From positions 1 through 38,126 of IMG/VR virus record IMGVR_UViG_3300037420_000127: a stretch of 38,126 nucleotides of DNA. The stretch is one strand, 5' to 3'. Below, piece by piece: positions 1-8,994 of the stretch (within the stretch, counting starts at the first letter, position 1; every line of letters starts with the position of its first letter). The translations under genes and the position numbers were made by a program. The notes below the pieces were generated by a model. It saw only the letters and a list, made by a program, of their open reading frames with translations, ran no database searches and was not told where the DNA came from. The stretch comes from a virus. Its lineage: Duplodnaviria; Caudoviricetes.

Positions 1-1686
1 AACGACAACGAAGCGGCTGATATCCCGGCATTCGTTTATCGTATGGTCAATCGCCTTGCCCACAGTAAGGAAGGCTTGTACGGCGTCGCTACAAATCAAG
101 CATTCCGGGTTCTTAGACAGCGGCGAGTTCAGCGCCGATCCGCGTTCCGAATACGCGCCCTTGACCTTGCAAGAACCGTCTTCCTTGATCGCGATATAAT
201 TGTTCACGTCGCGCGAGTACAACGCACGATAACGCGCTTCTTCAGTCTTGAAGCCGGTCCGGCGTTCCCAATCCGCGACGATCGCGTTGAATTCGTCAAG
301 CCGCGCTTTCGGAACCTTCGTAACGAAACCGTCTGTATTGGCGCTGATAACTTCGAAGTGCGCGAGTTCGACGGCTTCGATCAATAGCAGCAAGCCCAAC
401 TGTCCGCCGACTGTCGTTTGTATAAGCAACTTCGGCGCGTACACTGTCGAATACATGTTGCCTTGTTTGCCGAAGATACCGTTCGCCGCGATCTTCATTC
501 CGTCGGCGTCGGGATGCTTCAAATCTTTAAGGCGAAGTCGTTCTTCAACGATACGATCGCCGTACGCTTCAAGATAAACCGGCCCTAAGTGTTCGGGATA
601 ATAGCGGTTGTTCAAGATGATCCGGGGATAATACGAAGCAACGTCGCGATCGATCAAGTAGTTGTCGGCGTCGGCGCGATAGGCGACTGACTTTTCGGAC
701 GAATGCAAGCCGCCCATACCAAGCTTGTATTCAGTGTTGCCAATTTTGATCTTCAAGTCGGACAGTTCTTCCGGCATTCGCGGCGATCCGCCGCCGTCCA
801 ACGTGAACGACGCGCCTTGAATGATAGACAACACGTCGCGCAGCATGGGCGTTTGGAACTGAACCCATTCCGGGGCTTCGTACTGGAAAGTAAAGTTGGC
901 GAAGCTGTCAATATCCGGTCGCTTCGGATGAAAGCCCGTAATGTTCTTCAACTCGGCGTTGATTACGGCTTCCGCAACTTGCGCGTCTGACTTCGAACGA
1001 AGATCGACGTTGTACCGTACGCCTAGCCGCTCGCGTAGTTCGATCGGCCCTTGCAAGCCGTTCTTGTCGATCAGTAACAGTTCGGTATTGTCGCAATCGT
1101 TGAAACAATAGTCGCGAACGTCGGCGGCTTCTTCGGCGGTCAAGTCCTTGTGAACGTCGACGGGCAGTTCTTGCAGTCGGCGAGCGTGCAACCGCCCGGC
1201 GTACGTCTTCAACGACGCTTCAAGCGGCGCGACTTCGATCAAGTCAATGTGGTTATATTTCGCGTTCGGATTAGCTAGGCGCTTTTCATTGATGATTATG
1301 TCGTCGGACATTTCCTTCAAGTCGACGGTCGACGCACCTTTGATCGCAGCTTCCGCAATGGGGAAGTCGTAATACTTGCCGTTGAACGTGATAATCTGAA
1401 ACATGAACAGAATTCGCAACAATGCTTCAGCGTCGAAGTCTGAAGCGGGCGATCGTTCAAGCGCGAAATACGATCCCGTATCGATATGCTTGAACCCGGC
1501 GAAATAGAAGTTGCGGAAGACTTCGCTATCGAAGACAACGCGCGAGCCGAACGGCAACGTCCAAGGGTTGACGAACGTACGGTTGACTGGCGCATATTGA
1601 ATGCGCTTCAGCGGCCCGTCGTACCGGCGAGCGCCCTTGCGCGGGATCGTCGCGTAATCGTCTAGGGTTGTGTCGTCGAAGTACAT
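1..1686 (-). CDS. Family-B DNA polymerase with 3'-5' exonuclease domain (3' end truncated by window)
   Basis: Manual translation from ATG 1686 (TAATG overlap with clamp stop) is open to the window edge. Exo motifs VFDSE, TFNGKYYD, YCFND; polymerase motifs DVASYYP, KIAANGIFGK, ANTDG; also SRDVNNY. Not in the supplied ORF track. Confidence 0.93.
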   Translation of the reverse strand, partial: MYFDDTTLDDYATIPRKGARRYDGPLKRIQYAPVNRTFVNPWTLPFGSRVVFDSEVFRNFYFAGFKHIDTGSYFALERSPASDFDAEALLRILFMFQIITFNGKYYDFPIAEAAIKGASTVDLKEMSDDIIINEKRLANPNAKYNHIDLIEVAPLEASLKTYAGRLHARRLQELPVDVHKDLTAEEAADVRDYCFNDCDNTELLLIDKNGLQGPIELRERLGVRYNVDLRSKSDAQVAEAVINAELKNITGFHPKRPDIDSFANFTFQYEAPEWVQFQTPMLRDVLSIIQGASFTLDGGGSPRMPEELSDLKIKIGNTEYKLGMGGLHSSEKSVAYRADADNYLIDRDVASYYPRIILNNRYYPEHLGPVYLEAYGDRIVEERLRLKDLKHPDADGMKIAANGIFGKQGNMYSTVYAPKLLIQTTVGGQLGLLLLIEAVELAHFEVISANTDGFVTKVPKARLDEFNAIVADWERRTGFKTEEARYRALYSRDVNNYIAIKEDGSCKVKGAYSERGSALNSPLSKNPECLICSDAVQAFLTVGKAIDHTINECRDISRFVVV

Positions 1687-2834
1687 TAGAACGGAACGTC
1701 GTCGCCTGTTACAGCCGCCCATGCGCTCGCGTTCGGATCAGCGGCGGGGATCGCGCCCCAACCGTCGCTAGGGGCCGCTGGCGGGCTTCCTAGAGCCTCA
1801 CGCGGGGGCGGCGGGGGTTCGGGCTTGGATCGCTTCATAATGACGCCCCGGACGTTCCCGCCCATGAAGAACGCCCGATCGTCCGCCGACGTGTAATCGA
1901 TCGACTGACATACGGGTTGGATCAGCCGCAACAGCTTCGCCGAAAACGAATGCTTACCTTGTAATCCCGGCACTTCATAGGTTGCGCCGTACGTCGGACC
2001 GTTCACTTCGTAATTGTCGTACGTCGTTTTCATCTTTTCGTCATGGAAGTGAACCGCGCCGTCTTTGCTAAAGTTTTCGATTGCGGCGACTGCTTCGAAC
2101 AATCCGGCTGGCACTTCGCCGGGGAAGCATGGCGCGTCGAACAGTGCGTCAATGTCCGGCCATGTCTCGCCGTATAGTTGCGTCTTGTACCACGATCCGT
2201 CTTCGAAATAGAACGTCGCCGACGCCCGGCTGAAGCCGAACCCGGATAGCGTCTTCTTCGCGTTGGCGATCGCGAGCGCCGCCGGTTTCGGAATGACAAG
2301 GCCGGGCGGAAGATCGATGCCATGCCAGTATTCGAATATGACGTTCCCGTTGCAACCGAACATGCTGTTAGCGCGAAGCAAGATCGACGTTTCGAACACG
2401 CGTTCGCCGGTTTGCGCAGCAAGTCCGACGACTGTTCCGAAACCTTCCTTGATCCGATCGTCGATCACCGCGCATTGGGGATCGGGCATGATCGGCGGAA
2501 ACTGATCGCCGGGGATGCAAGGGACGGTCGCTTTCAGCTTATCGCCCGCGACTAGCAGTTGCCCGTTTTCGCGTTCGGTAAGCGCGAGCGTCGTTCCGGC
2601 CTTGTTCAGCGCGTCGACCAAGCGCGCAATGTGTGGGCACAACGCAAGTTCTTCTTCGACAGGATGCCCGGCGCTAACCGTGCCGTTCGTCGCGATGATC
2701 CATTTAGCCGCAACGCGCGCGTGCGCTTGATACACTCGCGACGGATCGTCATTCGACGCCGGGGCGACGAAGTTCAACGCTTCCGCAAGCTTTGATGCGG
2801 CGGTTGATTTAGCTTTACGTGCCGGACGTGCCAT
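1686..2834 (-). CDS. Putative replicative sliding clamp (DnaN/beta-clamp-like)
   Basis: 382 aa, directly upstream of and coupled to the polymerase. IATNG and FGCNG repeats resemble beta-clamp ATDG motifs. Low-complexity tail ends DDVPF. Confidence 0.7.
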   Translation of the reverse strand: MARPARKAKSTAASKLAEALNFVAPASNDDPSRVYQAHARVAAKWIIATNGTVSAGHPVEEELALCPHIARLVDALNKAGTTLALTERENGQLLVAGDKLKATVPCIPGDQFPPIMPDPQCAVIDDRIKEGFGTVVGLAAQTGERVFETSILLRANSMFGCNGNVIFEYWHGIDLPPGLVIPKPAALAIANAKKTLSGFGFSRASATFYFEDGSWYKTQLYGETWPDIDALFDAPCFPGEVPAGLFEAVAAIENFSKDGAVHFHDEKMKTTYDNYEVNGPTYGATYEVPGLQGKHSFSAKLLRLIQPVCQSIDYTSADDRAFFMGGNVRGVIMKRSKPEPPPPPREALGSPPAAPSDGWGAIPAADPNASAWAAVTGDDVPF

Positions 2835-3066
2835 AATTCCCCATTGTCGATTTGAAGGCTTCGCAACCGAACGCGATTACAGTTGCGGGCGGACGTGCGT
2901 TTGCCAACTTGCACAACTCGCCGTCCGGGTTCCAGTTGTCGCACATTGGGCAGTTGCGACAAAGCGAAAGCAACGCGTAAGGAATTTTCGCGCCAATGCG
3001 TTGCGTTACTCGCATTACGAGTTCGTCAAGCTGTTCCGGCGGAAGCTGGCGGAAGTTAGAATTCAT
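2815..3066 (-). CDS. Small Cys-rich metal-binding protein
   Basis: 83 aa, CRNCPMC...C...GCEAF; overlaps both neighbours in the replication operon. Confidence 0.7.
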   Translation of the reverse strand: MNSNFRQLPPEQLDELVMRVTQRIGAKIPYALLSLCRNCPMCDNWNPDGELCKLANARPPATVIAFGCEAFKSTMGNYGTSGT

Positions 3067-4768
3067 ACGACAAGACTTCCGGGTTTTTAGGCTTGTTCAA
3101 CCAAACGCGAATTCGGCGCGGCGTGCGCAGCCATTCCGAGTTAGCGAGAATTTCAGCGTTTGTCGCCGGGGGTTCTACCGGCGCGCGTTGCCTGAACCAA
3201 TCACGCCCGCGCTTACCGGCGAAGCTGTCAAGTTCGACAGTGACGTATTCGTAAAACGTGCGAAGGCCGTTGCAAAAGTAGGCAACCTTAATCATGCGGT
3301 TTCCCTTCTTCGACGTATGCGGCGTGTAAAGCACGCGCTGAACGTCGAAGTATTCGACAACCGGAAGATCGCTGCGCAGCAATTCTTCGGTTCCAGCCTT
3401 GCCCACAATGTTGACGGACATTGGAAAGACGACGCCGCAAACCATACATTGCCGCGCACTCGCATGATTGTAAGCGCCGCATTCGCCGCATATCTTAACC
3501 GGCGCGTCGCCAGCACGGCCTTTGCCTTTCGGTTGCGGAATAACAGGATCGTTGATCGGACCTAGCCGCCGCGTGTTACCGGCGTAGTCGAGTACCAAAC
3601 AATGATGCTTAGTGAATTCGAAGCCGGGGATATATTGTTGCGGGTTCGACCAATCGTACGGTCGCGTTCCACGTCCTAGCATCTGAACCCATAGTCCGGT
3701 TGACATGGTTGGACGGAACATGCCGATAAGATCAATCGGGGGATGATCGAACCCGGTCGTTAGAATGTCTTTGTTTACGATTGCGCGCAACTCGCCGCGC
3801 TTGAACGCTGCAATCCGATCGTCGCGTTCTTTCTTGCCGATCTTTGAATGAACGGCGGCGGCTGAAATGCCGAACGTCGATCGCAACATATCGGCCAAGT
3901 GTTCGGCGTGTTCAATGCCGGACGCGAACAGCAACCATGATCGCCGTTGCCAACCGTGTTCGACAAGTTCGCTTAACGCGGCGAAATTGATATCGTTTTT
4001 ATCGACGGCAGCTTGCAAAGCGTGTTCGTTGTAATCGCCGGTCGACGACAATCCGACTTCGCTAATATCTAGTTCGGTTTTCGTCTTCTTTGGAAAGATC
4101 GGCGCAAGATATCCTTCGGCGATCAGGCGAGCAAAACCGGGGATATCCGAAATGTTGTACGCAATATCCGTGAAGATATTCCCGTTAGTTAGCAGCCCCA
4201 AACCTAGTCGATAGTGCGTCGCGGTAAGGCCGATTACTTTCAAATACGGGTTGATCGCGAGTAGTTCTAAGATAAACTGAATGTACAGTGTGTCGGTTTT
4301 CGGCGAAACTAGCTGCGCTTCGTCGATCACAAGTAAGTCGCGATGCCCGAATATCGATCGACCGTGTTCGTCAAGTTTGCCAACCATTGACTTGATCCCG
4401 CCGAACACGATCGCGGGAAGATGATCCTTCATGCCAAGCCCGGCGCTGTAAATGCCAAGCGGCGCGTTCGGCCAAGCTTGGATTAGCTTCTTCGCGTTTT
4501 GTTCAATCAGTTCCTTAACGTGCGTCGACATGATTATTCGACTTGTCGGGAATTGATTAAATACCGTGTTAAGAAAGCGCGCGATTACGACGGACTTCCC
4601 GGTTCCGGTTGGCATGACGACAAGCGGGTTGGCAGGGATTGGCTTTCCGTTCGTGTCGGTTCCGCCGTGCGTGCGGAAGTATTCGAACAGCGCTTCAACG
4701 GCGTCGTCTTGATACCAACGATCGGTTAGCGCCGGTCCGCCGTTGTGCCCATGAAACGGCGCGTTCAT
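3056..4768 (-). CDS. Superfamily-2 (DExD/H) helicase with C-terminal zinc ribbon
   Basis: Motifs RWYQ, PTGTGKS, DEAQ, TAT, TGFD, QMLGRGTR; CGEC...CMVC. Start set at ATG 4768 (ATGA overlap with exonuclease stop); the track starts at 4792. Confidence 0.93.
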   Translation of the reverse strand: MNAPFHGHNGGPALTDRWYQDDAVEALFEYFRTHGGTDTNGKPIPANPLVVMPTGTGKSVVIARFLNTVFNQFPTSRIIMSTHVKELIEQNAKKLIQAWPNAPLGIYSAGLGMKDHLPAIVFGGIKSMVGKLDEHGRSIFGHRDLLVIDEAQLVSPKTDTLYIQFILELLAINPYLKVIGLTATHYRLGLGLLTNGNIFTDIAYNISDIPGFARLIAEGYLAPIFPKKTKTELDISEVGLSSTGDYNEHALQAAVDKNDINFAALSELVEHGWQRRSWLLFASGIEHAEHLADMLRSTFGISAAAVHSKIGKKERDDRIAAFKRGELRAIVNKDILTTGFDHPPIDLIGMFRPTMSTGLWVQMLGRGTRPYDWSNPQQYIPGFEFTKHHCLVLDYAGNTRRLGPINDPVIPQPKGKGRAGDAPVKICGECGAYNHASARQCMVCGVVFPMSVNIVGKAGTEELLRSDLPVVEYFDVQRVLYTPHTSKKGNRMIKVAYFCNGLRTFYEYVTVELDSFAGKRGRDWFRQRAPVEPPATNAEILANSEWLRTPRRIRVWLNKPKNPEVLSYEF

Positions 4769-5673
4769 ACGATCCGCTTGTATTGTGGGCAACCGACCAT
4801 GACTTCAGGGCGAGTTAGGTTCCGATCGATTACGCGGCAATACCATTCGCCATTGTCGACCGGATACGCATGTTCGCACGATCGGCAGTTCTTTTCCGGC
4901 GCTTCGCCCCTATGGCAAATGCCGGGGAACGGACAAAGGTACTTGCATTCGTGGAAGGCGGCGCTTTCGCTGATCTTGCGCGGCGGCGTCTGACTGAAGA
5001 TTACGCGTTCCGCCTTTTGATACATGGCGGTTCCGACGCTCCAATCAAGCGCAACAATTTCGAAGTACAGTTCGTCCGTGTCCTTGTTGACTGCGCAATA
5101 CAGCCCGTACGGCAATTGGTACGCCTGTCCGTACGAACACATTTGCGAGTAATGGACCGGCTTCGATTTACGCACGCCTTCAGCCGTTCGCGGATCGCGT
5201 TTCAACAACGGATGCGAGCCGATTTGCTTACCGGCTAGTTTCGTGAACGACTTTTCCTTGTGCGTCTTGAATTCGGTTAGCAGCGGGCCGGGCAGCGCGT
5301 AGCGCGCCGGGGCGATCGCAACGCCGTCAAGCGATCCGCCGTAATGTCCCTTGTGTCCGCTGATCTTGTATTGTTTGCCGTCGCCGTCGAATTCGAAGAC
5401 TTCGAAGCCGATCCCGCGAAGGCGCGCTATGAAGCGCGGTTCTTCCAAATGCCCGCGATTAAGAAGACGATATTGACGCCCGTTCAACGCTTCCGTCTTC
5501 AACCAACGAAACGCGTTCCATGCTTTGCGCTCGCACGCGTCGCCGATTACGGACGCGCCTAAATGCCAGCGCGGTTCCGGCTCGCGAAACGCTTCAACGC
5601 TTTCGGCTTCGACTTCGGCTGCAATGACAGCCGCTAACCGTTCGCGTTCGGTTTGAAAGTTCAAGTCGAACAC
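4765..5673 (-). CDS. Cas4/RecB-like PD-(D/E)xK exonuclease
   Basis: GASVIGDACERK, RGHLEE, GSLDG, EFKT, QMCSY, CKYLCPFPGIC (Cas4-type Cys layout) plus an extra C-terminal Cys4 module. GTG start with GAGGGG RBS. Confidence 0.85.
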   Translation of the reverse strand: MFDLNFQTERERLAAVIAAEVEAESVEAFREPEPRWHLGASVIGDACERKAWNAFRWLKTEALNGRQYRLLNRGHLEEPRFIARLRGIGFEVFEFDGDGKQYKISGHKGHYGGSLDGVAIAPARYALPGPLLTEFKTHKEKSFTKLAGKQIGSHPLLKRDPRTAEGVRKSKPVHYSQMCSYGQAYQLPYGLYCAVNKDTDELYFEIVALDWSVGTAMYQKAERVIFSQTPPRKISESAAFHECKYLCPFPGICHRGEAPEKNCRSCEHAYPVDNGEWYCRVIDRNLTRPEVMVGCPQYKRIV

Positions 5674-5694
5674 TTTTGCCCCTCGCGCGCATTG

Positions 5695-5764
5695 AAAAGA
5701 AACCGGGCGTCCCGCTTACGGTTGGGATCGTTTAAGCCTTATGCTGATACAAAGGCCCCGGTTC
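5695..5764 (-). terminator. Structured intergenic element (three-way junction) ending in a U-tract
   Basis: Minus strand GAACCGGG pairs with CCCGGTTTC, enclosing hairpins GCCTT/AAGGC and CG(A)TCCC/GGGACG, followed by TTTT. Confidence 0.45.
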
Positions 5765-5775
5765 GGCGTCGATCG

Positions 5776-6450
5776 TTACTTCTGCCCCCAAGGCGCGCCA
5801 CTGCCCTGATTGCCGCCTTGCTGTTGCCAGCCGCCGGAACCCGTAGGCTGCGCTCCACCGCCGCCCTGATTGCCGCCACCGGCCCAACCGGGCTGTCCGC
5901 CGCCTTGCTGCTGCTGATCGCCGCCGGAAGGCTGTCCGCCCTGCCCGCCGCCCCATGCAGCGCCGCCGCCCTGTCCCTGCCCGGTAGGTGCGCCGCCACC
6001 GCCGAAAGCATTGCCGCCACCGCCAGCGGGCGCGCCCGATCCGGCCTTGCCGGGTTCGTTGCCGTTCATGTCGAACAGCTTGCCGACTTCGGTTTGATTG
6101 GCGTTGTCCTTGCGCGGAACGACTTCGATTACGAAAGGCTTGCCGTGCAATTCTTCCGTCTGATTGAAGGCGTACACGCCGGTTACGTGGCAGTATGCGG
6201 AAAGCTGTTGATTGGCGATCCGCACGGCGGTTTCGTTCTTGTTGTGAAGGTTCAGCCGATCGATTTGTTGAAGTCCCTTCGCCGGACCGTCAATAGCTTC
6301 CATCGTAATTTCAAGATAGCCGCCCTGATTGTCCTTCGTCGGCTTCAAGTCGGTTCCGACGATTACGACCGGATGCTTGCCGATCGGCAAGCCGCCAGCC
6401 CCGCCATATTGCGGATCGACGCCTTGCGAGTTGAATTGAAAAGCTGGCAT
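5776..6450 (-). CDS. ssDNA-binding protein (DUF669-like OB fold) with Gly/Gln-rich tail
   Basis: LPIGKHPVVI...DRLNLHNKN...IANQQL...ELHGKPF pattern, long G/Q tail, located next to the Sak4-like gene. Confidence 0.8.
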   Translation of the reverse strand: MPAFQFNSQGVDPQYGGAGGLPIGKHPVVIVGTDLKPTKDNQGGYLEITMEAIDGPAKGLQQIDRLNLHNKNETAVRIANQQLSAYCHVTGVYAFNQTEELHGKPFVIEVVPRKDNANQTEVGKLFDMNGNEPGKAGSGAPAGGGGNAFGGGGAPTGQGQGGGAAWGGGQGGQPSGGDQQQQGGGQPGWAGGGNQGGGGAQPTGSGGWQQQGGNQGSGAPWGQK

Positions 6451-6462
6451 TGAAAGTCCTTT

Positions 6463-7404
6463 CTACACGTCGCGATTGAACAAGTCGATTTGCCCGGCGG
6501 TCGCGACGTGAACCGCGTTGGCAAGTTGGTTCCAACTATGCCCGGCAATCAACGCGGTTGGCGTTGCTGGCGGGGCAGTCGGTACGGGGATAGTTCCGAC
6601 GATACCAAAGCGGTTCCCGGCGACGTATGCGGGTTTGCGTTCGACGCCGATAACCCGACCTTGGTTCATTGAACTAGCTTGTTGGATTTGGTCGCCCTTC
6701 GTAATGAAGAACGGTTCGTGAAGAAAGCCCACAAGATCGGCCCATTGCGTAAGCATTTCGCGTTTGCCGTAGTTCTTGTTGTTCTTCGGCGAATGCAACA
6801 GCAAATCCCATGCGTCGAATTCGCCAAAGGCCGGATCAATCATCTTCGACGCGAAGACGTGCGCGGTCCATACAATGTTGATCCCGCCGTAAAAAGCAAG
6901 TTCGTCGCATACGGATAGCAATTCGGCGAATAGGTCGTTGGCGTGTTGATACGCCTTACCGTAACCGCCAAGCGCGGTTTCCATAGTCAATCCTTTAGGA
7001 TTGCCCGGCTTCCATTCCTTGTCGCCTTCGATCGTCTTCAAGTGAATGCCGCGTTCTGCGGCGGTTGCCGTGTCGAGTACGATCGTACGATACGGGAACG
7101 CGCCAGATTGCGCCCGCGCTTTAATATCGTATAGCGTCGCCTTCAGTTCGTCGAACTGTTCGATTTGCCGCGTCTTCGGAACGGGGATCGCGCCAAACCC
7201 CATTTCAAGCGGGATCAGCAACGCACGCGGCGCGCCGCAAGCAAGCGTCGTCTTCCCAATCTTTTCTTGACCGCTAATGACGATCCGCGCGCCAACTTGC
7301 CGCGTCCCGGTTTCGATGCTGTCAAGCGCCGATCGACCGGCGTTGGTACTTGTGGGCTGAAGGTTTACGCCCTGCCCGGCGAGTGCTTGCGCGAACGCGT
7401 TCAT
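6463..7404 (-). CDS. Sak4-like AAA ATPase / ssDNA-annealing recombinase
   Basis: Walker A GQEKIGKTT, Walker B IVLDT, GGYGKAY, WTAH, WADLVGF, AGNRFG; adjacent to SSB and exonuclease. Confidence 0.85.
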   Translation of the reverse strand: MNAFAQALAGQGVNLQPTSTNAGRSALDSIETGTRQVGARIVISGQEKIGKTTLACGAPRALLIPLEMGFGAIPVPKTRQIEQFDELKATLYDIKARAQSGAFPYRTIVLDTATAAERGIHLKTIEGDKEWKPGNPKGLTMETALGGYGKAYQHANDLFAELLSVCDELAFYGGINIVWTAHVFASKMIDPAFGEFDAWDLLLHSPKNNKNYGKREMLTQWADLVGFLHEPFFITKGDQIQQASSMNQGRVIGVERKPAYVAGNRFGIVGTIPVPTAPPATPTALIAGHSWNQLANAVHVATAGQIDLFNRDV

Positions 7405-7685
7405 GTCGATTTGCCTTCCATGAATTGAAGAAGAATTTCAGCACATTCGACGAACATTCCGCGATACGCTTCTTCAAGCTTCCGCTTCAGTTCTTCGGAA
7501 GCAACACGAATAACGTCGCCGACAACGACGTATTGCCCGTACGGTACGACTTCGGCTTTCGTGCAAAGAAGCCATTTCGCCGTATTGTACGGCGTTTCCG
7601 GCCAACCTTCGGAAAGCCGCCCCCATGATCCGGGTTCGTCATAAGCGGCGATCGCGTCGGCGTCGGTTGCGAGATTGCGCGTCAT
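7401..7685 (-). CDS. Hypothetical protein (94 aa)
   Basis: MTRNLATDAD...; ATGA overlaps on both sides; GAAGGGA RBS. Trimmed from track ORF 7401..8063. Confidence 0.65.
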   Translation of the reverse strand: MTRNLATDADAIAAYDEPGSWGRLSEGWPETPYNTAKWLLCTKAEVVPYGQYVVVGDVIRVASEELKRKLEEAYRGMFVECAEILLQFMEGKST

Positions 7686-8008
7686 GGTTCTAATCCCTTC
7701 GCGATCTTCCAACCGAACTTGACGTTTTCGAGCGCGTCGCGTCCGTATTGATAGCCGTTCGCTTCGAACTTCGCCCATACGTCTTCGAAGGTTTCCGGCG
7801 CTAGGTCCGGTCGACGTGCGACAATGTTCATGGCAGCGTCGACGATCAGTCCTTCGACGTAATCGATCGGACGCCACGGCGGTAACTCGCCGCAAGGAAG
7901 CTTCGACAATTCGTTCAGCGCGCCGCGACTGTCCGCGACGGTTATCTGAACCGATCCGTCCGGCTCGCGAAACAAGTTCAGCGACGCTAGGTGCGTGCCG
8001 ATCGTCAT
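7682..8008 (-). CDS. Hypothetical protein
   Basis: MTIGTHLASLNLFREPDG...; ATG 8008 overlaps the upstream stop (ATGA). Confidence 0.65.
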   Translation of the reverse strand: MTIGTHLASLNLFREPDGSVQITVADSRGALNELSKLPCGELPPWRPIDYVEGLIVDAAMNIVARRPDLAPETFEDVWAKFEANGYQYGRDALENVKFGWKIAKGLEP

Positions 8009-8214
8009 AGCTGGCTCGCAAGATCGCGAAGCTTGCGCGCATTCTCGCGCCATGCGTCTTCAATCGACTTCGATACGCCGCCTTCGGCTTCAGGATCGTT
8101 GTCGCGCGCGGCTTCTTCGAACTTGCGCGCTTCAGCGTTCAACTTATCGCTTGCCAGCATGAACGTATCCGGCGTTGCGATAACCGATTTGATTAGACGG
8201 TTGGGCATGTTCAT
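8005..8214 (-). CDS. Hypothetical helical protein (69 aa)
   Basis: AAAGGGGA RBS, phage-like codon usage, coupled to the next gene. Confidence 0.65.
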   Translation of the reverse strand: MNMPNRLIKSVIATPDTFMLASDKLNAEARKFEEAARDNDPEAEGGVSKSIEDAWRENARKLRDLASQL

Positions 8215-8226
8215 TCCCCTTTGTAA

Positions 8227-8292
8227 CGACGGGCGAGTTACTGGCGTGTAGGAGAGAGCTCCCCGCCCGTCGCAGCGGCTTTCGGCACGCTG
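8227..8292 (-). other. Intergenic double hairpin (possible structured RNA or processing site)
   Basis: CAGCG/CGCTG hairpin with GAAA in the loop, then a CGACGGGCG/CGCCCGTCG stem enclosing GGAG-CTCT-CTCC. Confidence 0.45.
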
Positions 8293-8297
8293 ATAGG

Positions 8298-8804
8298 TTA
8301 GCCGTTCAGCTTGGCTTTCGGTTCTTCGATCGTCAACGTCGGTGCGCCCGGCGTGATATCAAGCACGCTGTCAACCAAGTCCTTAACGGCCTTGTGAACC
8401 GGAAGTTCAGTGTTCAGCTTTTTGTATTCGGACTTGCTGAATTCCGGCTTCCAACAAATAATGCGTTCGATCAAGAACGTACCTTCGTTGCCAAGCTTGG
8501 CGGCTTCGTCTTCGATCTTGTCGACTTCTTCGTTCGGCGCTTTGATGCTCCAATTCATCTTAGCGACGCACTTCAACGAATAGCCGTTGTTCAGTTCGAT
8601 ACGGTTCGTGCCTTCCTTGGCGTTGGGGAAGCAATAGTCGGCGACAGCCTTGCGCGCTTCCATTTCGGAAGTCTTCGCGGCTTCAAGTACCTTCTTCGCT
8701 TCATCCCAAACGGCAAGACGGCGATCGCGTTCTTCAACGCTGAACGGCGCGGTTGTCGGTTGCGACGGTTCCGCAATAGCGGCGTTGCCGTTTCCCCAAG
8801 CCAT
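8298..8804 (-). CDS. Conserved phage protein of the replication/recombination module, function unknown
   Basis: KEGTNRIELNNGYSLK...WKPEFSKSEYKKL...PGAPTLTI pattern that I recall from related siphoviruses; GAAGGAAGGA RBS before ATG 8804. Confidence 0.75.
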   Translation of the reverse strand: MAWGNGNAAIAEPSQPTTAPFSVEERDRRLAVWDEAKKVLEAAKTSEMEARKAVADYCFPNAKEGTNRIELNNGYSLKCVAKMNWSIKAPNEEVDKIEDEAAKLGNEGTFLIERIICWKPEFSKSEYKKLNTELPVHKAVKDLVDSVLDITPGAPTLTIEEPKAKLNG

Positions 8805-8916
8805 AAATTGTCCTTCCTTCAATGCCCGGTGCGATCGACACGGCGGTTGCGCCTCTGCTCGAAACGGTTAAGGCCGTGCCGATCGCGATTGACGACGTGC
8901 CATAGCTTCGAATGCG

Positions 8917-8943
8917 TGTCAAATATTATTTTACGGGTTGACA
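8917..8943. promoter_or_regulatory. Back-to-back sigma70-type -35 boxes (divergent promoters)
   Basis: TGTCAA (8917-8922) and TTGACA (8938-8943) flank an AT-rich spacer exactly at the coding-strand switch. Confidence 0.65.
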
Positions 8944-8994
8944 GCCCACATTGGTACGGGCAGTTTCCGACGACTTAATCCAGCCGGGGCACCT

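Noticed and set aside
43-1595. Short track ORFs in the first 1.6 kb
   Set aside because: All overlap the minus-strand DNA polymerase frame that the track missed.
4765-5673. Cas4-like gene as a sign of a CRISPR-Cas locus
   Set aside because: No cas1/cas2 and no repeat-spacer array seen; its context with SSB, Sak4 and helicase marks it as a phage recombination nuclease.
5695-5775. c-di-GMP-I riboswitch, twister or hammerhead ribozyme
   Set aside because: Only fragments match (GTAA loop, GGGACGC); the conserved cores are missing.
5776-6050. GCC/CCG-rich low-complexity DNA as a repeat element
   Set aside because: Explained by the Gly/Gln-rich SSB tail.
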